The notes under the pieces were generated by a model. That model ran no database searches. It was not told the origin of the DNA and saw only the letters and a program-made list of their open reading frames with translations. From Candidatus Bathyarchaeota archaeon (GTDB lineage: Archaea; Thermoproteota; Bathyarchaeia; Bathyarchaeales; Bathycorpusculaceae), in the NCBI GenBank assembly GCA_963717465.1, contig OY970340.1, forward strand, positions 896,001 to 960,000: 64,000 nt of DNA, given 5' to 3'. The position numbers were made by a program, and so were the translations under genes. Position 1 is the first letter of the stretch, and every line of letters begins with the position of its first letter. Below are positions 29,285 to 41,287 of this stretch, in pieces.

Positions 29285-30148
29285 TTGTACAGATTCAATC
29301 GCAAAGCTTATTATAGATTGTTTGCGAAAACAAAAGAGTACAGGGATATTAAATTGTCGTTTGAATCTGGAAAAAAGCTCGGCCTAATAAGCAGTATTAT
29401 AAACGTTATAGCGCCTGTTATAAGTATTACACTTGGTATCCTCTGGGCTTTTATTCAAATCAGCAACATCTACCAAGATAGTTTAACCGTTACTCCTAAT
29501 CCAACTAGCCAAATATTCCTAAATGAAGGAGCCCTAACAGCACTAATAGTGCTAACAGTAGTTATTATGGCAATTTACATTATCAGTAACGCACTGTTCT
29601 TTTTGTCCTCAAACCATCTTGCAAAATATTATGGATATCCATCAATTGCCGGAAACGTCCGCAAAGGCTTCATCATCTACATAATAAGCTATGTAGTTAG
29701 CGCCTTGTCTTCTTTTGTAACGATTACCTTGCTATCGCAAGGGATAATCGATTCTGTATCATTTATTTTCACGATCGTAAACTGGGTGCTGTCTTCATTT
29801 GCAGCTTACTTTTACTGGCAAACATTCAACAACTTAAGTGGCTGTTCAAACGAAGGCAAATTCAAAACCGCCGGCTTATTATTGTTCATCGGGAGCTTAA
29901 CCACAATAATTGTCATCGGCGGCTTGATCGTCTGGATAGCATGGATCGTTGCAGCATCCGCCTTTAACGCATTGACTCCACGGCAAAAGCAACAAGAATT
30001 TAATCCGTATAGCCCACAAATACCCGGGGTGCCGCCAAATCTTTATGAAACTAACTATTGCACGAACTGCGGAGCGCCAGTTAACAAGTCAATGGCATTT
30101 TGCCCAAACTGCGGCAAAACAATACAAAGTCAACAAGATCAAAAATGA
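29285..30148 (+). CDS. DUF996 membrane protein with zinc ribbon (true start probably ~29353)
   Basis: FESGKKLG, FKTAGLLLFIG.LTTIIVIG; CTNCG...CPNCG. Confidence 0.78.
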   Translation: MYRFNRKAYYRLFAKTKEYRDIKLSFESGKKLGLISSIINVIAPVISITLGILWAFIQISNIYQDSLTVTPNPTSQIFLNEGALTALIVLTVVIMAIYIISNALFFLSSNHLAKYYGYPSIAGNVRKGFIIYIISYVVSALSSFVTITLLSQGIIDSVSFIFTIVNWVLSSFAAYFYWQTFNNLSGCSNEGKFKTAGLLLFIGSLTTIIVIGGLIVWIAWIVAASAFNALTPRQKQQEFNPYSPQIPGVPPNLYETNYCTNCGAPVNKSMAFCPNCGKTIQSQQDQK

Positions 30149-30354
30149 AAATGAAATTAGTGTTCTCAAGAAAAATGAGTGCCTAATTGGGTTCAGGCTA
30201 ACTTTACAGGAAGCAAGATAAACTTGAAACATTGCATATCCGTGATGTTTTCTTTCGGCTGTAATCCCTCTTGTTATCTCTATGTGTGATGCTTGCCTGT
30301 TAAATTATGAATCGACAAGAAAACATAAGCTGCGTCATTTGAGAAAATGTGTTT

Positions 30355-30509
30355 TTATCGTATGGCTTCGTCTAGTTTTGATTCGCGTTTTGTTTTGGTG
30401 ACTTCGTTGAATAGTTCGAGGCATTCTTTTTTTGTTGGTGCTTCTATACCTATGCTTCCGTAGGCGCCGATGTCTATTCTATATCTTTTCCTGTCCATTC
30501 TATCTTCAT
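30355..30509 (-). CDS. Small hypothetical protein (probable homopolymer frameshift)
   Basis: MKIEWTGK|RYRIDIGAYGSIGIEAPTKKECLELFNEV...DEAIR*. Confidence 0.35.
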
Positions 30510-30597
30510 TTTGAGTTATGATCCTTCTCCCCCTGATACGAAATAATATTAGATTTAGTACAACGTATGGTGTACATAATTATAAGGTTAATCCCTG

Positions 30598-31359
30598 TTA
30601 ACCGATAAAATCGAGAATTTTCTTTGGATTAAAAACAACAAACCGAGCGTACTTAAGGTATCTACCAATCCTCGGAATCAACCCCGCCGCGTCAGTCCCA
30701 AGTTTACAAGTCAAAACATGCTCAAACAACCCAAAAGAATCAACACCAATAACATCCCTAAACAGCCTTGCACGCTCAACAACCGCCTCCACTTCGTCAA
30801 GAGAAGAACCTAAAATAATCAACCTATCCAACAAAGCCTCCTCCCACAAACGAATTCTTTCAATCTGATCTGAAGAAAACTCTGCCTGCATAAAGCCTTG
30901 TTCGTCTTCTAACCCAATAATTCTCACGCTTATCGGTAATCCTTCACAAAAACCGTAAAGCTTAGCAATTTCACTTAAAGGAATTTTTCTTCCACGCATA
31001 AGTTGCTCTTGCAAATAAGCCAAAGACACTTTTGCCATGATACTTTTAGGTTCAAAAACCCCAATATCCACAAGCAAAGCATCACCGTTTTTTGCAGTCT
31101 TGATAATGTAGCCTTTGAAAGTCGACGAAACTGCGACTTCACCAATGCTTTTTGGGCAAATTCCAATTTCCCTTGAAACATAACTTGTGGCAATAGCTTC
31201 ATCTTCCCCGGAAAGCGAAACTTGCACCCAATTCCCAACAGCATTACCTTGAACTTTTACTTCCACAGCCAAATTTTCAAATTCAGCAGTTAACAGTTGC
31301 TCGATTTTTCTAAGTTGGTGCACACTAGAAGTCTTAACTAGTAAATTCACGTTTACCAT
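30598..31359 (-). CDS. DUF2110 family protein
   Basis: Archaeal conserved protein downstream of the tfe-HD pair; CKLGTDAAGLIPRIG. Confidence 0.75.
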   Translation of the reverse strand: MVNVNLLVKTSSVHQLRKIEQLLTAEFENLAVEVKVQGNAVGNWVQVSLSGEDEAIATSYVSREIGICPKSIGEVAVSSTFKGYIIKTAKNGDALLVDIGVFEPKSIMAKVSLAYLQEQLMRGRKIPLSEIAKLYGFCEGLPISVRIIGLEDEQGFMQAEFSSDQIERIRLWEEALLDRLIILGSSLDEVEAVVERARLFRDVIGVDSFGLFEHVLTCKLGTDAAGLIPRIGRYLKYARFVVFNPKKILDFIG

Positions 31360-31362
31360 AGC

Positions 31363-31887
31363 TTATTGCTCTAACAGTTTAGTTATTTCTTCATTGAGCC
31401 TTCTAACTCTTTCCGCAGCCTCATCTTTATGCTCAGCTCTCAACTGATTGACCGTTATGTCTATAGATACTCTTTTTGAATTATCAACCAGTTTATCAGC
31501 ATAAGAAACAATTTTCTCCTCCAAAGAAACGGGAAAATAATCCTCTTCTGGCCAACCAAATTTATTCGCTTCTTGAGCCGTAATGCCTCCACCGATATGC
31601 CTTTTGATAATCAAAATTACAGGCTCAGGTAAACCAAGAGACTTTGCAATTTTAGCTCCAACAACAACGTGGTCAACAGACTGCGTTTTTGAACGGCCAA
31701 TATCATGAAGCAAAGCTCCTACTTCAATCAAACTTAAATCCAGCTTGAACCCTTTTTCAGAAAGCTGCTCGCCAGTTTCCACAGCTAATTTCGCAACATC
31801 TAAACAATGCTCAATTACTTTTGGATGGCAGCTAGTTTTGTAAAGAAGCTGAATTGCTTGCTCCCTTGACGGAAGCTGCTTACTCAC
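31363..31887 (-). CDS. HD-domain protein (TIGR00295-like)
   Basis: EHC, LLHDIGRSKT, HIGGGI, YADKL. Confidence 0.85.
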   Translation of the reverse strand: MSKQLPSREQAIQLLYKTSCHPKVIEHCLDVAKLAVETGEQLSEKGFKLDLSLIEVGALLHDIGRSKTQSVDHVVVGAKIAKSLGLPEPVILIIKRHIGGGITAQEANKFGWPEEDYFPVSLEEKIVSYADKLVDNSKRVSIDITVNQLRAEHKDEAAERVRRLNEEITKLLEQ

Positions 31888-32392
31888 CCAGTTCCTTCCT
31901 TAATATTTCCACTTTTTCCGATAATTTGGCAACCATTTTTTCGTTTCCAAAATGCACCAGAGGTTTGCCGCAGGATGAACAGTGGAAAACTAATTCGACA
32001 GCTTCTTCAAAAGGAACCCTTTTGCATTCAGGCGTATCACAATAGTAGAAGTCATGGTTTCTCTCATACTCCAACCGAACGTTCAATTTTTCAAGAACAC
32101 GACGTTTCTGACTTAAAATAAACCCTTCAAGCTGATCAGGCTGAAGTCTCCAGTGAAAAATAAACCAGCCTGTTTTAGGGTCTCTTGTACGCCTTAAACT
32201 TACAAGCGAATGATCATAAAGCTTGTAGAGGATTTTGCGGACTGAATTTAGGCGAATACCCGTTTTATTTGCAATTTCATCATCTGTAATCTCCTCTAAG
32301 CTTTTCAGGTTCTCAATAAGTGTGATGGCTTCTTCCTCGCCAATAGCCGAAGCCACTTTCATTAAAGTTGCATCATCAATAGTGGACAGCAT
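31880..32392 (-). CDS. tfe: Transcription factor E alpha
   Basis: TDDEIA..TGIRLNSVRKILYKL, RDPKTGWFIFHW, zinc ribbon. Confidence 0.95.
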   Translation of the reverse strand: MLSTIDDATLMKVASAIGEEEAITLIENLKSLEEITDDEIANKTGIRLNSVRKILYKLYDHSLVSLRRTRDPKTGWFIFHWRLQPDQLEGFILSQKRRVLEKLNVRLEYERNHDFYYCDTPECKRVPFEEAVELVFHCSSCGKPLVHFGNEKMVAKLSEKVEILRKELGE

Positions 32393-32442
32393 AACTAATT
32401 TCCTAGCCTATAATTATTGTACATTGTTCAATAAAACTCTTC

Positions 32443-33059
32443 TTACTTTTCGCTCTTACTTTCCTTGTTATAATCATCTTGAACTGCTAATTTTTTGCCT
32501 CTTTCTTGAGGAATTACACCTATCTTTGCTTTTTCAAAAGTCTTAGTTAATTCCTTGCCCTCAAAAAACCTGTCAAGAAATATTGCAAGAGCTGCACACT
32601 CAGAATGCGGTTGATTCCCAATTGACACGTTGAAATCGGAAACCTCACTTGAATAGAACTCTCCTGGAACCTTTTGACTTCCAACAAGAATTAACAGATT
32701 CCGATTCTGCTTTCTTATCCTATCTAAAACATCACTTGACTTGAATGTTTTCACCATAAACAGTCAAGTGAACCACGATTCCCCCGTTCGCCTTCCAATT
32801 CTGGACTGCAGTCTTCCAAGGTGTCTCCCATTTCAAAATAGAATTCTCCACCCCAATTTCGGGTAATCTTCATCACTGTTTCTTCTATTTTTTGGTCAAT
32901 TACGTCTGACAGGATAAATCCTGAAGCGCAAAGTGCACGCGCCGTTAAAGCAACATGAGTAGTTAACCTAACGTCTCTTTGTGGTCGATGACCCCACCTT
33001 AGAACTACGCATTTAACTTCTTCTTTACTTTGAGGTGTGACTGGATTGGAATTTTCCAT
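32443..33059 (-). CDS. trm56: tRNA (cytidine-56-2'-O)-methyltransferase (frameshifted)
   Basis: GHRPQRDVRLTTHVALTARA; VGSQKVP, NVSIGNQPHSE.AALAIFLD. Confidence 0.88.
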
Positions 33060-34297
33060 TTAACTGTTCAACTTTCTTTTTAATTTGTTCTGTAAACTGC
33101 GGGGTTGCCTCGAAAACTACTTGCACGGAATCGTTATTGAAACTTTCACTTTTCACTTCAGCTACCTTGTGAACCCAGGAGATGAAAGGCATGGTTTGCG
33201 AAGTTAACGGGGCAGAAAATGAGGAGTGAATATAGTTTTCAAGTATCCTTAATATTTCTTGTCTAAGAGAGTTAAGGTTCGTTTGGCACTTTGCTGATAA
33301 CAGTATAGGATTCTTGATTTTGCTTTCGAGAGTTTTCAGTTTTTCTTCTTTTTCGGATTCGCTGATCAAGTCAATTTTGTTGAGTGCAGTTATCACTGGT
33401 ATGCCTGATGCTCCGAGTCGATTAATCGTTTCATTGCAAATGTTGTTTTTACTTTCAATTGTTTCAATGGGCTCACTTAAATCTAAAACCAGTATAATCA
33501 GGTCTGAATAAATTGTTTCTTCAAGAGTTGAATGGAAAGCTTCAATCAGCGATAAAGGTAAACGATCAATGAATCCAACAGTGTCAGTTAAAAGAAATTT
33601 CCGATTTGAAAATTCAACGACCCGCGTCGTCGTAGAAAGCGTGGTAAACAGGGACTTGTCAACCCGAACTGACTCTTCAGTTAAAGCATTAAACAAAGAG
33701 CTTTTTCCAGCATTCGTGTAACCAGCCAAAGAAATAGCTAAGAAACCAAGTTCAGTTCTTCTTTCACGATGAAGAACTCTTTTTTCACGGATTTTTACTA
33801 ATTTTTTTATGAATTGTTTGAACTTGACGTTTTATTGCTTCCCTGTAAACGTCAGCCTCATAAGCTCCAAGACCCATAAATCCCGGTTGTTCACGCATTT
33901 TGGCTAATCGCACTTTTTCTTTTGCGTGCTTAAGCTCGTTCTTCAATGTTGCGAGTTGAATCTGAAGTTGTGCTTCGGTGGTTGTGGCTCTTTTAGTGAA
34001 GATTTCAAGGATAAGTTGAAAGCGGTCGATAACTTCAACTTTGGTTGCTTTCGCTAAATTGTATGTTTGAACGGTTCTTAATTGATTGTCAAAAATTATT
34101 TTGTTTGCATCGTTTTCTTTAACTAAAGCCGCTAGCTCCTCAACTTTTCCAGCGCCTATTTGATAACGAGCATCAGGCGGTCTTGTCTGCTCCATGGTTG
34201 CGACAACTGTGTAACCAGCGGATTCAGCTAGCTGTCTTAACTCATCTAAACTTGATTTTTCACGATTTAAACGTCGCTGAACTATGATTGCTTTCGT
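33025..34297 (-). CDS. hflX: GTPase HflX (frameshift near 33790)
   Basis: IG.GKVEEL, DRFQLILEIF, GYTNAGKS, DTVGFI, NKID. Confidence 0.92.
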
Positions 34298-34829
34298 TCT
34301 TTAGGCTCCCCGCCTTCCTTGTTTAAATCAATAATGTCTCCCAGCGTCAATTCTCGGTTTGAAGATTTAGGAGTTTCCTGCTTGATTTTTTCTTCACTTA
34401 TCGGCACAAGTAACTTGATTTTCAACACATGCTCAAGTTTCGAGGTAAGCAAGTTGTTTGGAGCCATTTTTCCTGTTTCAATATGCCTTAGAACGGAGGC
34501 TTTTTCATTTATTTTTGAGCCCAGTTCTTCATGGGATAAACCGAGTTTTTCCCTTGCCGACTCTTATGGCTGAATCGTAATCTTCAACTAATTCCTGAGT
34601 AAATTCAACTTTAGCAACTGGAGGCTTTTTTTTCTGCACCATCGCAACAGGCGCTCTTTGCCTTATTGAGTATTTGTGCCATTTGTGCTTTCTTTTCACG
34701 GTTTTCTTCTTCACGCAGAATTATTCTTCCATGCTTTGAACACTCAACGCAAACTGTTAATTTTGCGCCTTCAATTAATGCCCGAATTGGGTCACCGTGA
34801 ATTTTGCGTCCACAGACTTCGCATCTCAA
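34282..34829 (-). CDS. mbf1: Multiprotein bridging factor aMBF1 (two frameshifts)
   Basis: CEVCG...EGAKLTVCVEC; ELVEDYDSAI; KLEHVLKIKL; LTLGDI. Confidence 0.85.
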
Positions 34830-34899
34830 GATAAATTGTCCCCTTTCATTGTCTTTATTATATTGTAATGTTTATACTTGTCGAATAAAAAAACAAATA

Positions 34900-35376
34900 A
34901 TGGTGAAATGCATGGAGGATTCACTGGGCAGAGTAAGAAGCGTTGCGGATTATCAATTCGGCAAAGGTGTAGGCGATAAACTCTTTCCTGAAAACGTTGA
35001 AATCCTGTATTCTCCAAGAACCGGAAGAATACGATACGTTAATTTGAACGGTGAAAGGCTAGCAACGATGCGCCCAACAGACGGTTTGCTTTCATTAAGT
35101 ATTAAGGCTGCTTGCTTCATGGCTGAAAACCTAAGTTTTGCCCAATGTTTTGTTACTGTTCAAAATGATGTTTCAAAGTATATTGCTGCAGGCGGAGATG
35201 TTTTTGCCGTGCACGTCGTAAACACGTCTGAAGTTCGTGCTAAAGATGAAGTTATTGTTGTTGATGAAGAAAAACATGTTTTAGCTGTTGGACGGGCAAT
35301 GCTTTCAAGTTCTGAGATGAAAGCTTTCAAAACTGGAGTTGCAGTTAAGGTAAGACATGGTTCAAAGGAAAGTTAA
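34900..35376 (+). CDS. PUA-domain protein (archaeosine TGT C-terminal-like)
   Basis: ADYQFGKG, SPRTGRIR, DEVIVVD, GVAVKVRHG. Confidence 0.85.
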   Translation: MVKCMEDSLGRVRSVADYQFGKGVGDKLFPENVEILYSPRTGRIRYVNLNGERLATMRPTDGLLSLSIKAACFMAENLSFAQCFVTVQNDVSKYIAAGGDVFAVHVVNTSEVRAKDEVIVVDEEKHVLAVGRAMLSSSEMKAFKTGVAVKVRHGSKES

Positions 35377-35421
35377 GTATATAGAGACCTAATGTAGAAT
35401 ACTAGGATAGAGTGGATCTTA

Positions 35422-35799
35422 ATGCACAGACGCATGAATCCCCGTGAACAAAAACGATATGATGCAACGAATGGGCATGAACATGGATTCTGTGCCGACG
35501 TTAAACAAGTCATAATCAAAACCAGCAGCAAAGACATAATCATTAATGAGCCTGAAGTTGCAATTTTACAGGTTCAAGGTCAAAAAATGTACCAGATTAT
35601 CGGCGGTCAAGTTTCAGAACAAACTGCTTCTCAACGCCAAGCTGCTGCACAGCTGCTCAATCTGCTCAGCCTGTAATTTCTGAGGAAGATGTGAGGCTTA
35701 GTTGCAGATCAAACGGGTAAAAGTTTGGCTGATGCTAAAAAAGCCCTAGAAGAATGTCAAGGAGATTTGGCTAAAGCTATACTGTTGCTTCAGTCTTAG
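35422..35799 (+). CDS. nac: Nascent polypeptide-associated complex protein (frameshifted)
   Basis: MNPRE, VIIKT..KDIII.EPEV, YQIIG; C-terminal ALEECQGDLAKAILLL. Confidence 0.85.
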
Positions 35800-35857
35800 C
35801 GTTTATTGAATGGTTATTTATATGTTGTTTGCACATTAATCATTCGAGGCTTGAGTA

Positions 35858-36782
35858 GTGATTCAAAACGCCGACGTAACAGTAGTCGGTCACTTCTCAA
35901 TGGATACCATTTTACTGCCAAGCCGAATCTTCGCCATTCCATGTCTTAGGCGGTAGTGCAGCCTACACTTCCTTTATTGCCAGAAAATTATGCGCTTCCA
36001 CCAGCGTTATCTCAAAAGTCGGCGGGGATTTCCCGAAAGCGTACTTGTGGTGGCTAAGTCAAGAAGGCATCGACGTATCGAATGTTACTAGAATTGCTGA
36101 TGAGCATTCCACGAGTTTTGTGCTTGAATACAGCAAAGACTTGTCTGAAAGAACTTTAAGGTTAACAAGTAAAGGTTCCTCCGATTGACCTGTCAGATAT
36201 ACCTTCAAGATGCGTTCCAGTGGGATTCATGTTGCGCCAATCGCAAATGAAGTATCGCTTGAAGTTGTTGAAAAACTGAAGAGTTGCTGTGAACGTATTA
36301 TCTATTGATCCTCAGGGTTTACTTAGAAGTTTCGATGAAAATGGAATCGTAAACAACAGCACTCAGATAGATAAACGCCTGCTTAGTTTTGTTACATTTA
36401 CAAGTCTTCTTTAGATGAAATTTCTTCGTTAACAGGAATTTCAGAGATTGAAACCTGCAGTTAAGGCTATTCATGATTTTGGCGTAGAAACAGTGATAGC
36501 AACCATGGGTGCTAAAGGTGCTTTGCTTTCAGTTGAGGGCACTCAATACAAATTCCTGTTTGCCCCTCCAAAGTTTTGGTTGATCCGACGGGTGCAGGCG
36601 ACGTTTTCATAGGCGCCTTCTTAAACGAGTACCTTAAAGATAAAGAATCTTTTTGGTGTGCTTGCGTTGGTTCAGCTGCGGCATCTTTGGTTATTGAGGG
36701 GATTGGACCAACTTATTTTGGGGAAAAAGAAGAGATTTATCAAAGAGCAACTTCTTTGTATGAAAAAGAAATTAAGCAATAG
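35858..36782 (+). CDS. PfkB-family carbohydrate kinase (several frameshifts)
   Basis: GHFSMD, GGSAAY, SKVGGDF, DPQG, VDPTGAGDVF. Confidence 0.85.
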
Positions 36783-36826
36783 TGCACATGTACTTATTAA
36801 AATCGTGTCAATTAAGGCTGTAATGC

Positions 36827-37037
36827 ATGGGACGCGTAGATAAAGGAGTTAAATGTGACGTGTTCAGGTTGCAGCACTGAAGCTGCTCGATCATTATCCG
36901 TTGACAAAGTTAAAGCTGCAGGGTTAAAGGTTAGCACTAGTGAGAAGCGAGCTTACCTTTGCAAAGAACATTATAAAGAATTCAAGAAGAAGAATAAGAA
37001 AGATAAAACGCTTGAAAAATGGCGTTATGGCGCTTAA
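36827..37037 (+). CDS. Small archaeal zinc-finger protein (frameshift near 36865)
   Basis: MGRVDKGVKC...GC...AYLCKEHYKEFKK. Confidence 0.7.
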
Positions 37038-37055
37038 TTGACGAGAGAATGAATC

Positions 37056-38943
37056 ATGAGGATCCTGCAGTTACACTCTGACTATATCGTTTTCAAGCCT
37101 ATTGAGAAAGAAATCGCTATAGCTGAGGAAGCTGAGAAAAAAGAAAATCGTTTAGAAGAAATTGTAGTTTTATTCACCGCTGTTGAAGAAGGCGATAACG
37201 CTGCATTGGCACAAAAAGCCGTTGATGACGTTAGAGCTTTTCTTGGAAAACTCAAGGTTAACCGCATTCTAATTTATCCTTTCGCGCATCTAAGCAGTAA
37301 CCTGTCAAAGCCATCTGAAGCATTAAAAATCATTAAAGACATGGAAGCATACGCAAAAGAAAAAGGAATAGAAACATATCGAGCACCCTTTGGCTGGAAC
37401 AAGCAATTCACGATCTCGATTAAGGGGCATCCATTGGCTGAGCAAGCACGCTCTTACGCTCCAGCGGCAACGACCAAAACGGTCGAAGTGAAAACCTGAA
37501 GAGGAAAAAGTTTCAGCAGCCTTGAAAGCTGAGGATAAAATGGAGTCATTCTGGCATATACTAACTCCAGAAGGTCAACTCGTGCCCATTGAACAATTCA
37601 AGTTTAAAGGTCATGTTAACCTCGAAAAATTCTCAAGATACGAAATCAAAAAGGCCCGGGCGGTAACACAGATGCCTCCCCATGTAACCTTGATGAAGCG
37701 GCTGGAAATTGCAGATTATGAGATGGGCAGTGACCCTGGAAACATACGTTGGTATCCTAAAGGGCGCATGATTAAATCACTGCTTGAACAGTACGTTAAT
37801 AATCGAGTGGCAGCATACGGCGGCATGGAAGTTGAAACTCCGCTCATGTACGACTTCAATCACCCAAGCTTATCAAGCTACCTCAACCGGTTCCCAGCAC
37901 GTCAATACGTCCTTAAATCTGAAGATAAAGAACTTTTCCTGCGTTTTGCTGCATGCTTTGGTCAATTCCTAATGGCCCACGACGCCCAGTTTAGCTATAA
38001 GCAGATGCCATTGAAACTTTACGAACTTACCCGATACAGCTTCAGACGAGAAAAAAGCGGCGAAGTCGTCGGCTTAAAACGCTTGCGTGCATTTACTATG
38101 CCTGATTGCCATGCCTTCTGCACTGACATTGAACAAGCCAAAAAAGAATTCATGATACGCTTCAACCTATGCATCGATGTTCTAGCTCATATCGGCTTAG
38201 TGCCTGATGATTACGAAATTGCCATGCGCTTTACCAAAAACTTTTACGCTGAACACAAAGACTTCATAAATGAACTGGTAAAAGCGTTCGGTAAACCCAT
38301 CCTCGCTGAAGTCTGGAATGAACGATTCTTCTATTTCGCGCTTAAATGGGACCTTAACTTTATTGACAACCAAGATAAAGCCGCAGCTCTTAGCACCGAC
38401 CAAATTGATGTCGAAAACGCTAAACGGTACGAAATAACCTACGTTGATGAGAAAGGCGAGAAACAGTATCCGCTTATCCTGCATTGTTCACCAAGTGGAG
38501 CAATTGAAAGAGACATCTACGCTTTATTAGAGAAGGCCTACAAGGAGCAGATGGCTGGGCAAGCGCCTATGCTTCCATTGTGGCTTTCTCCGACTCAAGT
38601 GCGTTTGATTCCGATTTCTGACAAATTCCAGGGCAAAGTTGAAGAAATCGCCCAACAAGTTTCTTCACGTTGCATACGTGTGGACATTGATGATACGGCA
38701 TCCACTTTGCAAAAGAAGATAAGGGAAGCTGAGCAAGAATGGGTCCCGTACATTATTGTGATCGGCGAAAAAGAGGTTGAGTCTGGAATGCTTTCAGTTA
38801 GAGAACGGGGAAGTAAAGGTGCGCAGAAGAATATAACTGTTGACGAGTTAATTGCTAAGATTACTGACAGAATTGCTGGTATGCCTTTTAAACCGGTTCC
38901 TTTGTCTATTTATCTTTCAAAAAGACCGCAATTTCACGGTTGA
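37056..38943 (+). CDS. thrS: Threonine--tRNA ligase, archaeal type (frameshift near 37490)
   Basis: MRILQLHSD editing domain, YPFAHLS; LRFAACFGQF, FRREKSGE, PDCH, HCSPSGAIER. Confidence 0.95.
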
Positions 38944-39024
38944 TAAACGAATCGTATAGATTATTGTCATAAACTATATCAAAACGCGAAGACATGTAAA
39001 AAAAGGATTCGTGAGGGAAAAAAA

Positions 39025-39909
39025 GTGGATAAAGAATTAGTGGTTTACATCGATGGGGAATATTACCCCAAATCACAAGCCAAAATATCAGTTTTTGACC
39101 ATGGCTTACTTTATGGCGATGGCGTATTCGAAGGAATTCGCGAATACAACGGCATCGTATTCAAACTCAAAGAGCATATTGATCGATTATACCGTTCAGC
39201 ACATGCAATAACATTAAAGATTCCATTAACTAAGCAAGAAATGACAAATACCGTCCTGCAGACTTTGCGAAAAAACAATTTGAAAGATTCATACATACGG
39301 TTGGTTGTTACCAGAGGAGCTGGCGACCTCGGCTTAGATCCCAGAAAATGCCCCAAAGCCTCCGTTATAGTTATCACTGACGCTATTGTCCTGCATTCGG
39401 CGGGAGCAAAAGAAAACGGTATAACTACTATGTTCTCATGGGTCAGAAGAAACCCAGTTGATGCTGCGTCGCACGAGATAAAATCGCTCAATTACCTCAA
39501 CAGTATACTTGCAAAGATCGAGGCAAACGCGAATGGAGTTGACGAAGCAATCTGTCTAGAAAGTAACGGGTACATAGCTGAAGGTGTGGGTGAAAACATT
39601 TTCATCGTTAAAGACGGCAGGATTCTAACTCCGCCGACGTCCACTGGAGCCTTAGCGGGTATTACTGCGGAAATCACTGTTAAACTTGCCAAAGACTTAG
39701 GCTACGATGTTACTGTAACTAATCTTACTCCATTCATGATGTTTACTGCTGACGAAGCATTCTTAACGGGAACAGCCATGGAGATGGTTCCAATAAGAGA
39801 AGTAAACAAAAGACAAATTGGTACAGGGAAGCCTGGACCAGTTACCAAGAAGTTGATGGGTGCATTTCAAAAGGTAATTGCTGACTCCTCGTCAGGTATA
39901 CCTATCTAA
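39025..39909 (+). CDS. ilvE: Branched-chain amino acid aminotransferase
   Basis: DHGLLYGDGVFEGIR, KSLNYLNSI, EGVGENIF, GIT, TGTA. Confidence 0.95.
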   Translation: MDKELVVYIDGEYYPKSQAKISVFDHGLLYGDGVFEGIREYNGIVFKLKEHIDRLYRSAHAITLKIPLTKQEMTNTVLQTLRKNNLKDSYIRLVVTRGAGDLGLDPRKCPKASVIVITDAIVLHSAGAKENGITTMFSWVRRNPVDAASHEIKSLNYLNSILAKIEANANGVDEAICLESNGYIAEGVGENIFIVKDGRILTPPTSTGALAGITAEITVKLAKDLGYDVTVTNLTPFMMFTADEAFLTGTAMEMVPIREVNKRQIGTGKPGPVTKKLMGAFQKVIADSSSGIPI

Positions 39910-41113
39910 CTTTCTTATTTTTCATGAAATCTTCAATCTTGTTAAAGGCTTCCTCGAGTGTCTTTATCGGCGGCAAGAAGACTACTCTTGCATGTCCTGC
40001 ACCGTAAACGGCATCAAAACCTGAACCGTTCACTGTTAAAACACCTGTTTCTCTTAGTAGGTCAACGACAAATTCCATGTCGTTTTTCCATCTTGAGCCC
40101 ACGCCATGAATTTTTGGGAAAATGTAGAAGGCGCCATCAGGCTTAGTGGTGCTTATTCCTTCAATCTCATTTAGCCTTTTCCAAGAGAAGTCTCTTCGTT
40201 GTTTAAGTCGGTCAACGATGTCCTTTACCATATCTTGCGGCCCATTTAGTGCTGCTGTAGCTGCTATCTGCACTGGCGTGTTTGCGCATATTCGTATTCT
40301 GCATTCCTTCTCAACTGAATTCTTAAGTTCTTCAAGCTTTTTTCCTTCACCCTTGAAGTACATGTAGCCAAGCCGTAAACCCGTCATCTGGTAAACTTTT
40401 GAGAATCCATTTAATCCAACGACTTGCACATCCTTAGCGAGGTGAGCAGCACTCACAAATTCAGTATCATACACTATCTGATCATAGATTTCATCAGACA
40501 CGACTAAAAGGTTGTATTCTGCAGCAATATCCAGCATCTCTTTAACGGTCTTTCTTCCGTAAACTGCTCCTGTAGGGTTGTTTGGGTTGATAATTACTAT
40601 TGCGCGGGTTTTATCTGAAATTTTGCTTCTTAAATCATCCATGTTAGGCTGCCAATTTTGTTCTTCGATTGTTTCGTAGGCAACAGGTGTGCCGTCAAAG
40701 AATCTGGTATAAGAAATGTAAGGTGGATAAGTAGGTCCTGGAAAGAGGATTTCATCCCCTTTTTCTACGAGGGCAGCAAGTATCATCTGTATTCCTTCTG
40801 AAATGCCCTCGGTTACTAACACGTTTTCAGCTGTAATGTCAACATTGTTTATTCTTTTTTCTTTTTTAACGATTGCCTCACGAAGGTCAGCTCTTCCTTC
40901 TGAGGGCGAGTAATAATTATCATCCTGTTCAACTGCCTTGCATAAGGCATCTTTGACGTTTTGAGGAGTCTTGAAGTCAAATGCGGCAGGGTCGCCGATG
41001 TTAAGATAATAGATTTTTTTACCCTTTTTTATAAGCTCATCAGTGTAAGATATGACATCGCGTATTGCATATTCGATGTTTTTTGCTCTATTAGTTACTT
41101 TTATGTCCGCCAA
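39902..41113 (-). CDS. PLP-dependent class I/II aminotransferase (alanine aminotransferase-like)
   Basis: YAIRD, LNIGDP, NPNNPTG, SDEIY, GFSK. Confidence 0.9.
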   Translation of the reverse strand: MADIKVTNRAKNIEYAIRDVISYTDELIKKGKKIYYLNIGDPAAFDFKTPQNVKDALCKAVEQDDNYYSPSEGRADLREAIVKKEKRINNVDITAENVLVTEGISEGIQMILAALVEKGDEILFPGPTYPPYISYTRFFDGTPVAYETIEEQNWQPNMDDLRSKISDKTRAIVIINPNNPTGAVYGRKTVKEMLDIAAEYNLLVVSDEIYDQIVYDTEFVSAAHLAKDVQVVGLNGFSKVYQMTGLRLGYMYFKGEGKKLEELKNSVEKECRIRICANTPVQIAATAALNGPQDMVKDIVDRLKQRRDFSWKRLNEIEGISTTKPDGAFYIFPKIHGVGSRWKNDMEFVVDLLRETGVLTVNGSGFDAVYGAGHARVVFLPPIKTLEEAFNKIEDFMKNKKVR

Positions 41114-41287
41114 AGTTAGTTACCTGTACCCCAACCGTGTGTTAACAAAAAAATAAAGCTTCCTAACAACTATTTTCCGTAACTTTCTTCAAATGTGGTT
41201 TTGTTCAACATTTCATAAAGCGGAATCATTTCTAAACATATTTTTATTCACGTTTCCACCTGTTCTTTAATGCTTTGGTGACATCCA

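Noticed and set aside
37497..37499. TGA between the two thrS ORFs as Sec, or a naturally split ThrRS
   Set aside because: The continuation (KPEEEKVSAALKAE) is in another frame after an A-run, consistent with an indel.
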